Assembly: GCA_963702205.1 (NCBI GenBank)
Contig: OY969724.1
Span: 2,304,001-2,368,000, forward strand
Direction of reading: 5' to 3'
Length of the DNA stretch: 64,000 nucleotides
Source of the DNA: an uncultured candidate division Zixibacteria bacterium
GTDB taxonomy: Bacteria > Zixibacteria > MSB-5A5 > GN15 > PGXB01
Both the position numbers and the translations under genes were made by a program. Under the pieces are notes generated by a model. The model saw only the letters and a program-made list of their open reading frames with translations. It was not told the origin of the DNA and ran no database searches. This document shows, in pieces, positions 9,368 through 19,122 of the stretch (its first letter is position 1; every line of letters begins with the position of its first letter).

Positions 9368-10621
9368 ATGAAGAAAATAATATTATTGGCAGTGCTGGCC
9401 TTGATTTCATCCGGGTGCAGCAGATATATAGAATCCGATCAGTTAAATACGCAACTGCCCGATCCTCCGCCGGTACCGATCGAACTTCGCATGACTCATA
9501 TCGATAACGGCGTTCAGGTGACATGGCAGGTGTCCGATACTAACGCGGTCGATTACTTCAAAATTTATTTTGGGCCGGATTCCGTCCAGGCGCACTTGAA
9601 TCTTTGGGACACGACATCGCTGTTCGTCGAGGTTCTCGATAATCTCATCTCGGGTAAAGCCTATAGTGTGTCCATCAGTTCAGTGGCGGGCGGCCTAGAA
9701 GGTGCAAGATCAGTCCTTTCCACCACTATGGTCGGCATTTCGTCGATATCGATTAATAATGGCGATGAGTACGCCAAGAGCCGCGACGTGAACGTTACTT
9801 TCGTCATCCCGACTTCGGCGAGATTCGTGCAGCTTTCGGAAGACGCCAATCTAAACGGTGCTGAATGGCAAAATTACAGTTCGTCAAAGGGCTTTCGACT
9901 TTCTGAAAATGACGGGTCCAAAACCATTTATGCCAAATTCTATTTTACCGATGGTTCTCTTTCTACCTCACCGGTGCACGATGATATAACCCTCGATACC
10001 CGCGCCGAGGTCGACTCGGTGTATTTCAGACCGTCCGGGACCGTGTTTTCTTCGGGTGAAACGATTTCGTTTTATGTCAAAGCCGGAGAAGTCGGGGGAG
10101 AGGCAACCGTCTCGTTTCCCGGTCTTTCCAATTTGGTTTTGTACGACGACGGCAGTCACGGTGATGTCACCGCCGCCGACGGCCTGTTCTCGCTAGCTTA
10201 TTTGGTACCGTTAAACGTTCAGGTGGCGCAGGGACTGGTAACCGGCAGCTATCAGGATGAAGCCGGCAACGTCGCCACATCAGACCTTACTGCATCAGAG
10301 TATTTGACTATTGCGAATCCTCCTACGGCAGTGACGCTGGCGGCACAAATGGTGACCGATAATGACGGCAATCGCTCGATTTCATTAAGCTGGACGTCCA
10401 GCCCGGATAATGACTTCGAGACCTACCGGCTTTATAAAGATAATTCTTCCGGAATACAGGATGGCGATACCGACCTGATTATCTGGATTACGGAAAGCAA
10501 ATCTCAGACGGAATTTTCCGATATTAATCCGACCGCGGGGACCTATCATTATAGAGTGTTCGTTTTTGATCAGCAGGGTCTGGCAACCGGTTCCAATGAA
10601 GTCACTATAACGGTGCCGTAG
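9368..10621 (+). CDS. Surface lipoprotein with fibronectin type III-like domains
   Basis: Lipobox ISSGC; Fn3-like beta-rich repeats (VTWQ...YFKIY, LSWTS...YRLY...YHYRVFV); LYDDGSHGD..A.DG motif. Confidence 0.7.
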   Translation: MKKIILLAVLALISSGCSRYIESDQLNTQLPDPPPVPIELRMTHIDNGVQVTWQVSDTNAVDYFKIYFGPDSVQAHLNLWDTTSLFVEVLDNLISGKAYSVSISSVAGGLEGARSVLSTTMVGISSISINNGDEYAKSRDVNVTFVIPTSARFVQLSEDANLNGAEWQNYSSSKGFRLSENDGSKTIYAKFYFTDGSLSTSPVHDDITLDTRAEVDSVYFRPSGTVFSSGETISFYVKAGEVGGEATVSFPGLSNLVLYDDGSHGDVTAADGLFSLAYLVPLNVQVAQGLVTGSYQDEAGNVATSDLTASEYLTIANPPTAVTLAAQMVTDNDGNRSISLSWTSSPDNDFETYRLYKDNSSGIQDGDTDLIIWITESKSQTEFSDINPTAGTYHYRVFVFDQQGLATGSNEVTITVP

Positions 10622-10637
10622 AGGATATCCGTCTGGC

Positions 10638-11471
10638 ATGAGTGCGCTCGAAAAACTAAACCGCTTTATCGGACTGTATCTGGCCGCTCTGAGCCGCCTG
10701 TTCAGATTTCGCATTTGGGTTCCGCTGGCGGTGTACGCTCTGCTTCAGATTGCTGTAATATTTCTGGCAGCCAATTATACCAATCCTTCAGTATATGTAA
10801 TCCTGAAGCCTTTGGTGGGGCTTATGGGTGACCGCACGGCCGAAGTCATGAGCCATTACCCGGGACTATATATGGTGCTTCCGGGGGCAGTTGCCTGGGG
10901 CAAATATATTCTCGGCGTCTTGTTCGAAGGCTTGGCCATGGGCCTGGCGGCGGCGCTGTTCGTTAAGGCCTATTCCGATTCATTCCCGGCACCGGGTTAT
11001 AAAGCCGTATTCAAAAAGTGGATTCCGCTGCTTGTTGTCTGGTGTATTATTTCTGCTTTGATTCTGGCCGCCAATCAGTTCATCCCCGGTTTGTTTTCAT
11101 CGTTTCTGGCGGGCAGTCCACGCCGTATAATGCTCCTGGGCATCGTCATGAAACTTATTACGGTTTTGATTTATTCACTATTTATATATGCCATACCGGC
11201 TATTATTGTCTTCGGGGACGGCATCTTCAAAGCCCTTAAAACCTCTTTGTCTCTCTTCGTCGAATATCCTGTATTTTCGTTCCTGCTTGCGTTTCTGCCC
11301 TACCTTCTGACCGTCCCGTTTGCTTATATATTTGAAAACGCCCCGACCGTCGTCGATAAGTTCACGCCGGAGTTGATGTTATACTTCCTCATCGGCGGCG
11401 TCATCGTAGATATGCTGGTCAATTTTATTTTAACCGGGACGGTTGTCAAATTCCTCATGGATGAAGCGTAA
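10638..11471 (+). CDS. Polytopic membrane protein, unknown function
   Basis: About six hydrophobic helices; last gene of the 8617-11471 run. Confidence 0.7.
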   Translation: MSALEKLNRFIGLYLAALSRLFRFRIWVPLAVYALLQIAVIFLAANYTNPSVYVILKPLVGLMGDRTAEVMSHYPGLYMVLPGAVAWGKYILGVLFEGLAMGLAAALFVKAYSDSFPAPGYKAVFKKWIPLLVVWCIISALILAANQFIPGLFSSFLAGSPRRIMLLGIVMKLITVLIYSLFIYAIPAIIVFGDGIFKALKTSLSLFVEYPVFSFLLAFLPYLLTVPFAYIFENAPTVVDKFTPELMLYFLIGGVIVDMLVNFILTGTVVKFLMDEA

Positions 11472-11563
11472 TAACGACCGTCCGGCCATCCTGAAACCAT
11501 TCAATATCATTGATTAAAATCCCCTAAGAGCGCAAAAATTAAGCACTTCTATTATTTAGCCAC

Positions 11564-11590
11564 TAATTATTTGCCGCGATCTTCCGATAA
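11564..11590 (+). promoter_or_regulatory. Putative sigma28-type promoter
   Basis: TAAT-N15-TCCGATAA, 32 nt before the ATG at 11623; same spacing as the site at 1604. Confidence 0.45.
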
Positions 11591-11622
11591 AATTAAAGAA
11601 TTTATTGGGGAATCGCTGAAGC

Positions 11623-13050
11623 ATGAAAAATTTGTTAATTATTGATGATGATCCCGAAATAAGCCGGTCTCTGGCCAATCTGTTTGATTCCGAGCGGTAT
11701 CGATTTTACTTTCTCGATGACGGCCAGATCATGGTGGAATTTTTGCACGAACACTCCAATATTGATTGTGTTTTACTCGACGTCAATCTCCCCACTATGT
11801 CCGGCCTCGATCTGCTGAAGCAGTCCAAACTGAGCAATATAGACGTTCCCATCATTATGATTTCCGGATTTATCTCAACCGAAAATGCGATGGAAGCGAT
11901 GCGCGAAGGCGCCTATGAATATCTGACCAAACCCTTCGAGATTCAGAAGCTGATCAACACTGTCAATAAAGCCTGTGGGTTTAACCGTCATAAAGGCGGC
12001 GTTCCGGACACGAAAATATCCGAAGAAGAATTCAGCGTCGGCGAAATTGTCGGCAAATCCCCCGAAATCGTGGAAATCGCCAAGTTGATCGGACAGGTGT
12101 CCAAATCCGATGCCGCCGTCCTCATTTTCGGCGAATCGGGTACCGGTAAAGAATTGATTGCCCGGGCTATCCACCGCAATTCCTCACGCGCGGGCAAGCC
12201 GTTTCTTTCGGTCAACTGCGCCGCCCTGGCCGAAACCCTTCTCGAATCCGAACTGTTCGGCCATGAAAAGGGCGCTTTTACCGGAGCCTATTTCAAACGC
12301 CTCGGTAAATTCGAGCAGGCCAATCAGGGGACGATTTTCCTCGATGAAATCGCCGATATGTCGCTATTGACCCAATCCAAGCTCCTGCGGGTTCTTCAGG
12401 AGAAACAACTGGAGAGGGTTGGCGGCAACGAATCGATCGAAGTTGACGTGCGCGTTATCGCTGCCACCAACAAATCACTGGTACAGTGCATGAAAGAAGG
12501 GTCATTCCGGGTTGACCTGTTCTATCGGCTGAAGGTCGTATCCATCTACGTTCCTCCGCTTCGTGAACGTCGGGGAGATATTCCTCTATTGACCGATTAT
12601 TTCGTGCAGAAGTTTTCCAAGCAGTTAGGCAAAGAAATCAAAGGTATTGTACCCAAGGCCGCCACGATGCTGGCCAAATATCCCTGGCCGGGTAACGTCA
12701 GAGAACTGGAAAACAACGTCCACACGGCCTGCGTCATGGCCAAGACCGATACGCTTCAGGCCGAGGATTTTCCGATTGCTTCGGAACTGGAAGGGAAAGT
12801 CGAAATTGACCTGGAAAACCTTCAGGATGACTATACCGAACTGTTCAAAAAGATCATCGATCCCATTCTGCCCAGACTGATAAATTCCTCGGAAGGGAAA
12901 ATCTATTACTTCCTGGAATCGGCGCTCGAAAAAGCTCTGATTTCATCCTGCCTGAAACACTTCAGTTCCAATCAGGTCAAGACTTCTGAAATTCTCGGTA
13001 TCTCGCGCAACACTCTTCGTGACCGGATTGCACGTTACAACATCTATTGA
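11623..13050 (+). CDS. Sigma54-dependent response regulator (REC-AAA+-HTH, NtrC family)
   Basis: Receiver (IIDDD, LLDVNLP, TKPF), GESGTGKE Walker A, GAFTGA loop, WPGNVREL, C-terminal Fis-type HTH (ILGISRNTL). Confidence 0.95.
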   Translation: MKNLLIIDDDPEISRSLANLFDSERYRFYFLDDGQIMVEFLHEHSNIDCVLLDVNLPTMSGLDLLKQSKLSNIDVPIIMISGFISTENAMEAMREGAYEYLTKPFEIQKLINTVNKACGFNRHKGGVPDTKISEEEFSVGEIVGKSPEIVEIAKLIGQVSKSDAAVLIFGESGTGKELIARAIHRNSSRAGKPFLSVNCAALAETLLESELFGHEKGAFTGAYFKRLGKFEQANQGTIFLDEIADMSLLTQSKLLRVLQEKQLERVGGNESIEVDVRVIAATNKSLVQCMKEGSFRVDLFYRLKVVSIYVPPLRERRGDIPLLTDYFVQKFSKQLGKEIKGIVPKAATMLAKYPWPGNVRELENNVHTACVMAKTDTLQAEDFPIASELEGKVEIDLENLQDDYTELFKKIIDPILPRLINSSEGKIYYFLESALEKALISSCLKHFSSNQVKTSEILGISRNTLRDRIARYNIY

Positions 13051-13175
13051 TTCTGCGGCTGTTCTATTTCTTTCTCATCTGAATCGTCCTTAAAGACCTT
13101 GATATAGCAATAGACCATTATCGCCGTAATGGCCCCCCCGGTCAGAATAAAAAATATCCATCCTCCGATAGTCAT
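13044..13175 (-). CDS. Small single-TM subunit of the NSS transporter (MetS-like), 43 aa
   Basis: Read by hand: MTIGGWIFFILTGGAITAIMVYCYIKVFKDDSDEKEIEQPQNQ*; RBS AAGGAG; directly follows the transporter gene. Confidence 0.75.
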   Translation of the reverse strand: MTIGGWIFFILTGGAITAIMVYCYIKVFKDDSDEKEIEQPQNQ

Positions 13176-13188
13176 TTCACCGGTCTCC

Positions 13189-14748
13189 TTAATAGTACTT
13201 TTTCTCGTCGCGCCGCCGCCAGGCGAAGAATACCATTACGGCCAGGACAGCGAACAGCGCCAATAAAAGGAGTCGACCGCCCAGAACGTACGGGACGTTT
13301 TCGTCGGCCACGGTTTTCATGGTAATCACCGGCAGCCACTCCGTGGCGAACCACCAGCCCAGAAGGCCCAGCAGACACAACGGCGTTATGTACTTCGTGA
13401 TGAACATAAAAATACGCGGTATTCTTATTTTGGCGCCACGGTGCAGCTCTTCCCAGGCTTTGTTCATGCCGAACACCCAGCCGAGCAGGATGATTTCGAG
13501 CGTCGCACCGAGGACGATTATCAGGTTGGCGCCCCAAAAATCGAAATCATCGAGCACGCCCCGGTGAATGAACCATATCGCCGGCTGGCACAAAATAAAT
13601 ACAACAGCTCCGAAAATCTTGACGGCCTTTGTCCTCGGTATATCGAATTCATCTTCCATGAAGGCCACCGATGGCTGCGCGAGTGAAATCGAGGACGTAA
13701 TTCCGGCCAGGAACAGCATGAAAAACCACAGGAAGCCGAACACGGCTCCGAGTGTCATCTGGTTGAAAATTTGGGGCATGGTGACGAAACCGATATTGAA
13801 ACTTCCCGATCGGGCGATATTGACTATCTGATCGGGGCCGAAAAATATGAACGCCGCCGGCACTACCAGACACCCGGCGACGACCACTTCGGCGAACTGG
13901 TTGGTCGATGCCGCGGCCAATCCGGATAAGGCAATGTCGTCGTCTTTCTGCAGGTAGCTGGAATAGGTCAAAATCACACCCATACCCACCGACAGGGTGA
14001 AAAATATTTGTCCCGCGGCGGCCATCCAAACCTTGACGGATTTGAGCGCCGAAAGATCGGCGTTCCATAAAAATCCAAGGCCATTGATCGAACTCCAGGT
14101 TGGGTGAGCCGGGTCCGGTGCAAACAGCGTGATGACTCGCACCGCCAGCACGATCCCGAAGAAAAACAGAAGCGGCAGCGCGATGTTGCATAATTTTTCA
14201 ATGCCGCCCTTGATACCGAAATAGGTTACCGATATATTCAGAATAAACGTAATCAGGAAAAATATAAAAGCTGGTACCGTCCCGGCAAAGGTCCCGGTGC
14301 TGGCGGTCACTCCCTGGTAGTTGTGCAGAAATTCCACGAAACCACCGCTCGATGCGATGTTGGCCAGTTGGCCGGTCAGGGAATAGTACGCGTAAGCCAG
14401 GCACCACGATTCGATATAAACATAGTACATATAAATCAGGAAGGGGCCGAAAATCCCGAGGATTCCGAAATACTTGATAAATCGATTCTTTTTCCACAAT
14501 GATTGAAAAATTCCCGGCACGCTCGAATGTTCGAATCCGCCGCCGAACCGTCCGGCCGTCCACTCCACCCAGACCAGGGGAAGACCTACTATAACCAGGG
14601 CAATTAAATAGGGTATCATGAAGGCGCCCTGGCCAAACATGGCCGCCTGGGTCGGGAAACGAAGGAAATTACCGAGTCCGACCGCCGAGCCAGCTACGGC
14701 CAGAATGACCCCGAGACGAGTTCCCCAACGCTGTCGCTTCCTCTCCAT
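13189..14748 (-). CDS. Sodium-dependent transporter, neurotransmitter:sodium symporter (NSS/SNF, LeuT-like) family
   Basis: RWGTRLG.ILA.AGSAVGLGNFLRFP, GAFMIPY, AAGQIFFTLSVG, AGITSSIS; about 12 TMs. Confidence 0.95.
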   Translation of the reverse strand: MERKRQRWGTRLGVILAVAGSAVGLGNFLRFPTQAAMFGQGAFMIPYLIALVIVGLPLVWVEWTAGRFGGGFEHSSVPGIFQSLWKKNRFIKYFGILGIFGPFLIYMYYVYIESWCLAYAYYSLTGQLANIASSGGFVEFLHNYQGVTASTGTFAGTVPAFIFFLITFILNISVTYFGIKGGIEKLCNIALPLLFFFGIVLAVRVITLFAPDPAHPTWSSINGLGFLWNADLSALKSVKVWMAAAGQIFFTLSVGMGVILTYSSYLQKDDDIALSGLAAASTNQFAEVVVAGCLVVPAAFIFFGPDQIVNIARSGSFNIGFVTMPQIFNQMTLGAVFGFLWFFMLFLAGITSSISLAQPSVAFMEDEFDIPRTKAVKIFGAVVFILCQPAIWFIHRGVLDDFDFWGANLIIVLGATLEIILLGWVFGMNKAWEELHRGAKIRIPRIFMFITKYITPLCLLGLLGWWFATEWLPVITMKTVADENVPYVLGGRLLLLALFAVLAVMVFFAWRRRDEKKYY

Positions 14749-14936
14749 TTATGTCCTCCAGCAGGATGGCAATTATTTTCCGATCAAATGTAATTTGAAA
14801 TTATATGTTGCCTCATAAATGCTTGTCAACTAAAAGAATCCAGCGGTAATAAAGATGTTGCAACAGATTTTTTGTTGACAGCGTATAACAACCATAATAG
14901 ACTTCAAAAAAATGTTGGTACAACACGGAGGATGAG

Positions 14937-15587
14937 ATGAATTTTAAGAAATTGGGCGCGGTTATTTTGTTTTCGGCAGTTGTCCTGGCTGGCCCATCGG
15001 CTTTTGCGGATGCATTCGGATTGACCACGGGTTATCTTTCGACCGCCGACGCCTGCGGTTTCGGGGTTGGGTATATAGGAGGTTTCGCCGGAATCGGAGA
15101 TGATGGCACGACTTTATTTGGGTCTATTACCTATGGGTTCTCTGACTACACCGAAGGCCGTTTTCGGCTGGGGTTCTTTGACCCTGATTATCAGGGTTCC
15201 GATCCGGTTCTGACCTTGTCGGCGGATTTTAAGTATGAATTCATGGATTATTATGATCGTCATACCAAGAACCCATTCGATCTGGCTTTCGGCGGATTCT
15301 TTGAATATACGAATATCGAAAATGCCAATGTATGGGACCTCGGGGCTAATGCAATCGGATCTATTCCATACAAGTTTGCATCGGGACGCCGGTTGGTGCC
15401 TTATGCCAGGCTTGATATCCGCCTGGAGCATTTCTCGGTCGACGGCTTTGGTTCCGACTCGAATTTCCGGGCTGGATTGAATCTCGGGACGAAATTCGAA
15501 ATGACCCAGGACTTCCACCTTTACGGCGAACTGCAGATCGACGGAAATTTCGGGCTTTTCACCGGTGTTGATATCAGGGCATTTTAA
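14937..15587 (+). CDS. Small outer-membrane beta-barrel protein
   Basis: Signal peptide, alternating amphipathic strands, C-terminal Phe; RBS GGAGG. Confidence 0.7.
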   Translation: MNFKKLGAVILFSAVVLAGPSAFADAFGLTTGYLSTADACGFGVGYIGGFAGIGDDGTTLFGSITYGFSDYTEGRFRLGFFDPDYQGSDPVLTLSADFKYEFMDYYDRHTKNPFDLAFGGFFEYTNIENANVWDLGANAIGSIPYKFASGRRLVPYARLDIRLEHFSVDGFGSDSNFRAGLNLGTKFEMTQDFHLYGELQIDGNFGLFTGVDIRAF

Positions 15588-15605
15588 CGAAATCTCTATC
15601 TTAAG

Positions 15606-15634
15606 AAAGGCTCCGGTCCTGGGTCGGAGCTTTT
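15606..15634 (+). terminator. Possible terminator hairpin
   Basis: AAGGCTCCGG-loop-TCGGAGCTTTT; abuts the uppP start codon. Confidence 0.5.
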
Positions 15635-15637
15635 AAT

Positions 15638-16412
15638 ATGAATTATCTCGATGCAATAATTCTGGGATTGGTTCAGGGTCTGACGGAGTTTCTTCCGGTT
15701 TCCTCATCGGGGCATCTCGTTCTGGTCGAGCATCTCCTTGGGGCCAAAAGCAGCGGCGTATCTTTCGAACTGCTTGTCCACTTCGGCACGCTCCTGGCGG
15801 TTCTGATATATTTCCGAAAAGAAATAATTGCCATGATCAAATCGCTGTTCGATTCGACCATGGTCGAGCAGAGAAAGCTCGGTACTGTTTATCATTATCG
15901 CGACCATACCGGCCGTCATTATTGCCCTGGCCTTCGAGCATACCATCGAGTCGGCTTTCGATTCGCCGGCACTGACGTCGGCGATGTTGCTGGTGACAGG
16001 TGTCATGCTCTTGCTGACCGGACTGGCCCCCAAAAAGGAAAAGAAGCTGACCTGGCTTAATTCATTAATTATCGGTATCGGTCAGGCGATGGCAATATTC
16101 CCCGGTGTCTCACGTTCGGGGTCAACAATCTCGTTCGGGCTATTTTCCGGAGTCAAAGCCACCACGGCCGCCGAATTTTCATTCTTGCTTTCAATCCCCG
16201 CCATAGCCGGAGCGATTGTATTTAAGGCCAGGGAAATAGTCAGTCTTGATACGGCTCTTTTGGGACATTACCTGGTCGGGACGGTGATGTCGTTTCTGTC
16301 CGGCCTGCTGGCCGTCTATCTGCTTTTAAGCATTGTGCGCAAGGGAAAATTCCAGTATTTCGGCATATATTGTCTTTTGGTCGGGGCCTTCGGTTTGCTA
16401 TATTTCCTCTGA
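15638..16412 (+). pseudogene. uppP: Undecaprenyl-diphosphate phosphatase, frameshifted (+1 nt near 15880)
   Basis: N-half has GLVQGLTEFLPVSSSGHL; C-half in another frame has IATIPAVII...PGVSRSGSTI...EFSFLLSIP; removing one base at aagctcGgtactg restores a full-length protein. Confidence 0.85.
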
Positions 16413-16413
16413 C

Positions 16414-17982
16414 ATGAAAAATATTCTGATAATCAGGCTGGGGTCCATCGGTGACGTGGTCCTGGCCTCGGCGCCGCTTATAAATCTCAAACTGTCTTTT
16501 CACGATTCGAAAATATATTTTCTGACGCGCGAACAAAATTCGCCATTGGTCGAACTCATGCCGGGGGTCGATGAAATAATCTCGCTGCCCCAAAAAATTA
16601 GCCTGTCAAAACTCTTTCAAACTGGTGAATATTTCGACCGCCTGGGTATGGATATAATTTGTGATCTGCACGGCAATTTACGTTCACAATACTTGATGCG
16701 CCACATCGCGGCCTCGGTCAAAGTGAAATATCCCAAGCGACGACGCGAAAGGATGATGGCCGTTAAATTCGATAAGATTGATCCCGCCCCGCCGCATACG
16801 ATTGACCTTTATAATGAGGCCGTCAAGGCTTGCGGGGGAGATGTTTTCACCAGACGACCTCTTTTAAGGCTCCCGGAATCGCCAAAGACGGCTTCGGGCA
16901 GGCCGGCTGTGGCCATTGCACCGGGCGCGTCATACATAACGAAACAATGGCCCCCTGACCGTTTTAAAGAACTGATCGGCGGACTTAGCAATAATGATAA
17001 AGCCGACGTTATCCTCTTGTTGACCGAAAAAGATAAGATGTTAAGTGAACATTTCGCAGCCCACGAGTCAAAAAATATAAAAGCTTTGATCGAGGCACCA
17101 TTAATAGACGTCGTATCTGAAATCGCCGGGGCCGATTTACTTTTGTGCAACGACTCGGGGCTGATGCATATCGGGTCGGCGGTCGGAACACCCGTGCTCG
17201 CCTTATTCGGCCCGACCCATCCGACACTCGGCTTTTCGCCGAGGGGGTGGCACGACGAAATAATCCAGGTCGATGAGCCCTGCCGTCCGTGCTCGTTGCA
17301 CGGCCAAAAGGCATGTTTCCGAGATCAGCAGTACTGCTTGACGCGGATTGACGTCGATTTTGTTCTGAGCCAAATCACCGACCGGCTTGAAAAAAATCCG
17401 AAAAATAATAAGGCGCTATTTGTCGACCGCGACGGCACTCTGGTCAAAGAGAAAGGTTTTTTATCCGACCCCGATCAAATCGAACCTGAGGCCAAATCCT
17501 TCGAGGCCGTCCGGCTCGCTCGCTCGCTGGGATACAAAATTATCGTCCTCTCGAATCAGTCCGGGGTGGCACGGGGATACTTCGGTCTGGAACAGGTGGA
17601 ACTGGTCCATAACCGGATTAAATCTTTGTTCGCCGAGAATGGAGCCGCAATTGACGAAATACTTTTCTGCCCGTATTTTGAGCATGGTACAATCGAACCT
17701 TTCGCGCAAAAATCTTTTCTTCGCAAACCGGCGGCCGGGATGGTCGAACTGGCGGTGCATGAGTTCGATATAAATCCCGTCGCGTCGTATTGTATCGGTG
17801 ACAAGCTCTCCGACGTTCGTCTGGCCTACAGCACCGGGGGAAAGGCAATTCTCGTCCGGACCGGATACGGGCAAGAGAGCATTGGTAAATTATCGCCCGA
17901 AGATCCCTTCCAGCCCGAAACCGTTGCCGACAATATCTATGAGGCCGTAAAATATATCGCGAAGCAAAGCGAGAAAGATTAA
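16414..17982 (+). CDS. Fusion of GT9 ADP-heptose:LPS heptosyltransferase and D,D-heptose-1,7-bisphosphate phosphatase (GmhB-like HAD IIIA)
   Basis: ILIIRLGSIGDVVLA, APGAS..TKQWP, NDSGLMHIG.AVGTP..ALFGPT; then LFVDRDGTL, SNQSGVARG, RKP..GM, IGDKLSD. True start is the ATG at 16414. Confidence 0.9.
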   Translation: MKNILIIRLGSIGDVVLASAPLINLKLSFHDSKIYFLTREQNSPLVELMPGVDEIISLPQKISLSKLFQTGEYFDRLGMDIICDLHGNLRSQYLMRHIAASVKVKYPKRRRERMMAVKFDKIDPAPPHTIDLYNEAVKACGGDVFTRRPLLRLPESPKTASGRPAVAIAPGASYITKQWPPDRFKELIGGLSNNDKADVILLLTEKDKMLSEHFAAHESKNIKALIEAPLIDVVSEIAGADLLLCNDSGLMHIGSAVGTPVLALFGPTHPTLGFSPRGWHDEIIQVDEPCRPCSLHGQKACFRDQQYCLTRIDVDFVLSQITDRLEKNPKNNKALFVDRDGTLVKEKGFLSDPDQIEPEAKSFEAVRLARSLGYKIIVLSNQSGVARGYFGLEQVELVHNRIKSLFAENGAAIDEILFCPYFEHGTIEPFAQKSFLRKPAAGMVELAVHEFDINPVASYCIGDKLSDVRLAYSTGGKAILVRTGYGQESIGKLSPEDPFQPETVADNIYEAVKYIAKQSEKD

Positions 17983-18971
17983 TGAACTTCGAAGCCAAAC
18001 ATTGGGAATCTCTTGACGATAAAAAGGTCCGCTGCCGTCTGTGTCCGGCCAATTGTCTTCTAACCGAATCCAAAACGGGTATCTGCGGCTGCCGGACCAA
18101 TGTCGACGGTCGCCTTATGGTCGAAAATTACGGGGAGATTGTTTCGGCTTCTTATGATCCGATAGAAAAAAAACCACTTTATCATTATTTTCCGGGCACG
18201 GTTATCTTTTCGACCGGCCCCAATGGCTGCAATCTCAGTTGTGAAAATTGCCAGAACTGGGAGATATCGCAGATGAAAGTCCCCACCCGCCACTTGTCGC
18301 CGTCGGAATTGGCAGCGCTGGCCGGAAGATTGGGATCGATCGGCGTGGCGTACACATATTCCGAGCCGCTGATCTGGTTCGAATATATTCTGGATGCCGG
18401 AGCGGCCGTGCGGGAAACTGGTTTGAAGAACGTCATTGTCAGCAACGGCTATATCAACGAAGAGCCGTTTCAAGAACTGCTGCCTTTGATAGATGCTGCC
18501 AATATAGATCTTAAAAGTATGAATCCGGCTTTCTACAAAAAAGTCTGCAAAGGACAGCTGGAGCCGGTCAAAAGCTCCATTGTCAGCCTGTTTAAGGCTG
18601 GCAAACACCTGGAAGTTACCAACCTGGTAATACCGGGGCTTAATGATTCTGATGCCGACTTCGAGCAAATTACCGATTTCATCGCAGGTCTGTCAGAAAA
18701 TATCCCCCTGCATTTTTCTGCCTATCACCCGACTTATAAAATGACCCGTCCCAGAACGCCCGTGGAAACGCTGCTTAACGCTTATGATATCGCGTCAAAA
18801 AAACTCAATTTTGTCTATCTCGGCAATGTTAATATCCCCGATAAATCCGACACAATTTGTCCGCAGTGCGGCGCGAAATTAATCAGTCGAACCTATTATA
18901 ACGTCGATATTACAGGACTTAAAAACGGCCGCTGTTCAGTTTGCGGATATGAGTCGGAAATCGTATATTAA
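17982..18971 (+). CDS. amrS: AmmeMemoRadiSam-system radical SAM enzyme
   Basis: N-terminal CRLCP..C...G.C..R, DPIEKKPLYH, CNLSCENCQN (CxxxCxxC), AYTYSEP, C-terminal CPQCG/CSVCG. Confidence 0.9.
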   Translation: MNFEAKHWESLDDKKVRCRLCPANCLLTESKTGICGCRTNVDGRLMVENYGEIVSASYDPIEKKPLYHYFPGTVIFSTGPNGCNLSCENCQNWEISQMKVPTRHLSPSELAALAGRLGSIGVAYTYSEPLIWFEYILDAGAAVRETGLKNVIVSNGYINEEPFQELLPLIDAANIDLKSMNPAFYKKVCKGQLEPVKSSIVSLFKAGKHLEVTNLVIPGLNDSDADFEQITDFIAGLSENIPLHFSAYHPTYKMTRPRTPVETLLNAYDIASKKLNFVYLGNVNIPDKSDTICPQCGAKLISRTYYNVDITGLKNGRCSVCGYESEIVY

Positions 18972-19122
18972 GTGGACGCCGCCTTTATCACCCTCACGTT
19001 TAGCATAAGCCATTGCCGCCGATAAATGTAATAAGAAATCGCATGAGATGAGTCGAGGAATTGGAACGGGCCGGATTCGGCAATTATTTTTGTGTCGAAA
19101 CGGTCGCGGATAATGTAAATTT

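Noticed and set aside
16333..16413. N-terminal extension of the GT9-GmhB ORF
   Set aside because: Overlaps the uppP 3' end; the GT9 motif starts at ATG 16414
18994..19025. Third sigma28-like promoter before the Omp85 gene
   Set aside because: GCCGATAA is present but no TAAA-like -35 lies at 15-nt spacing
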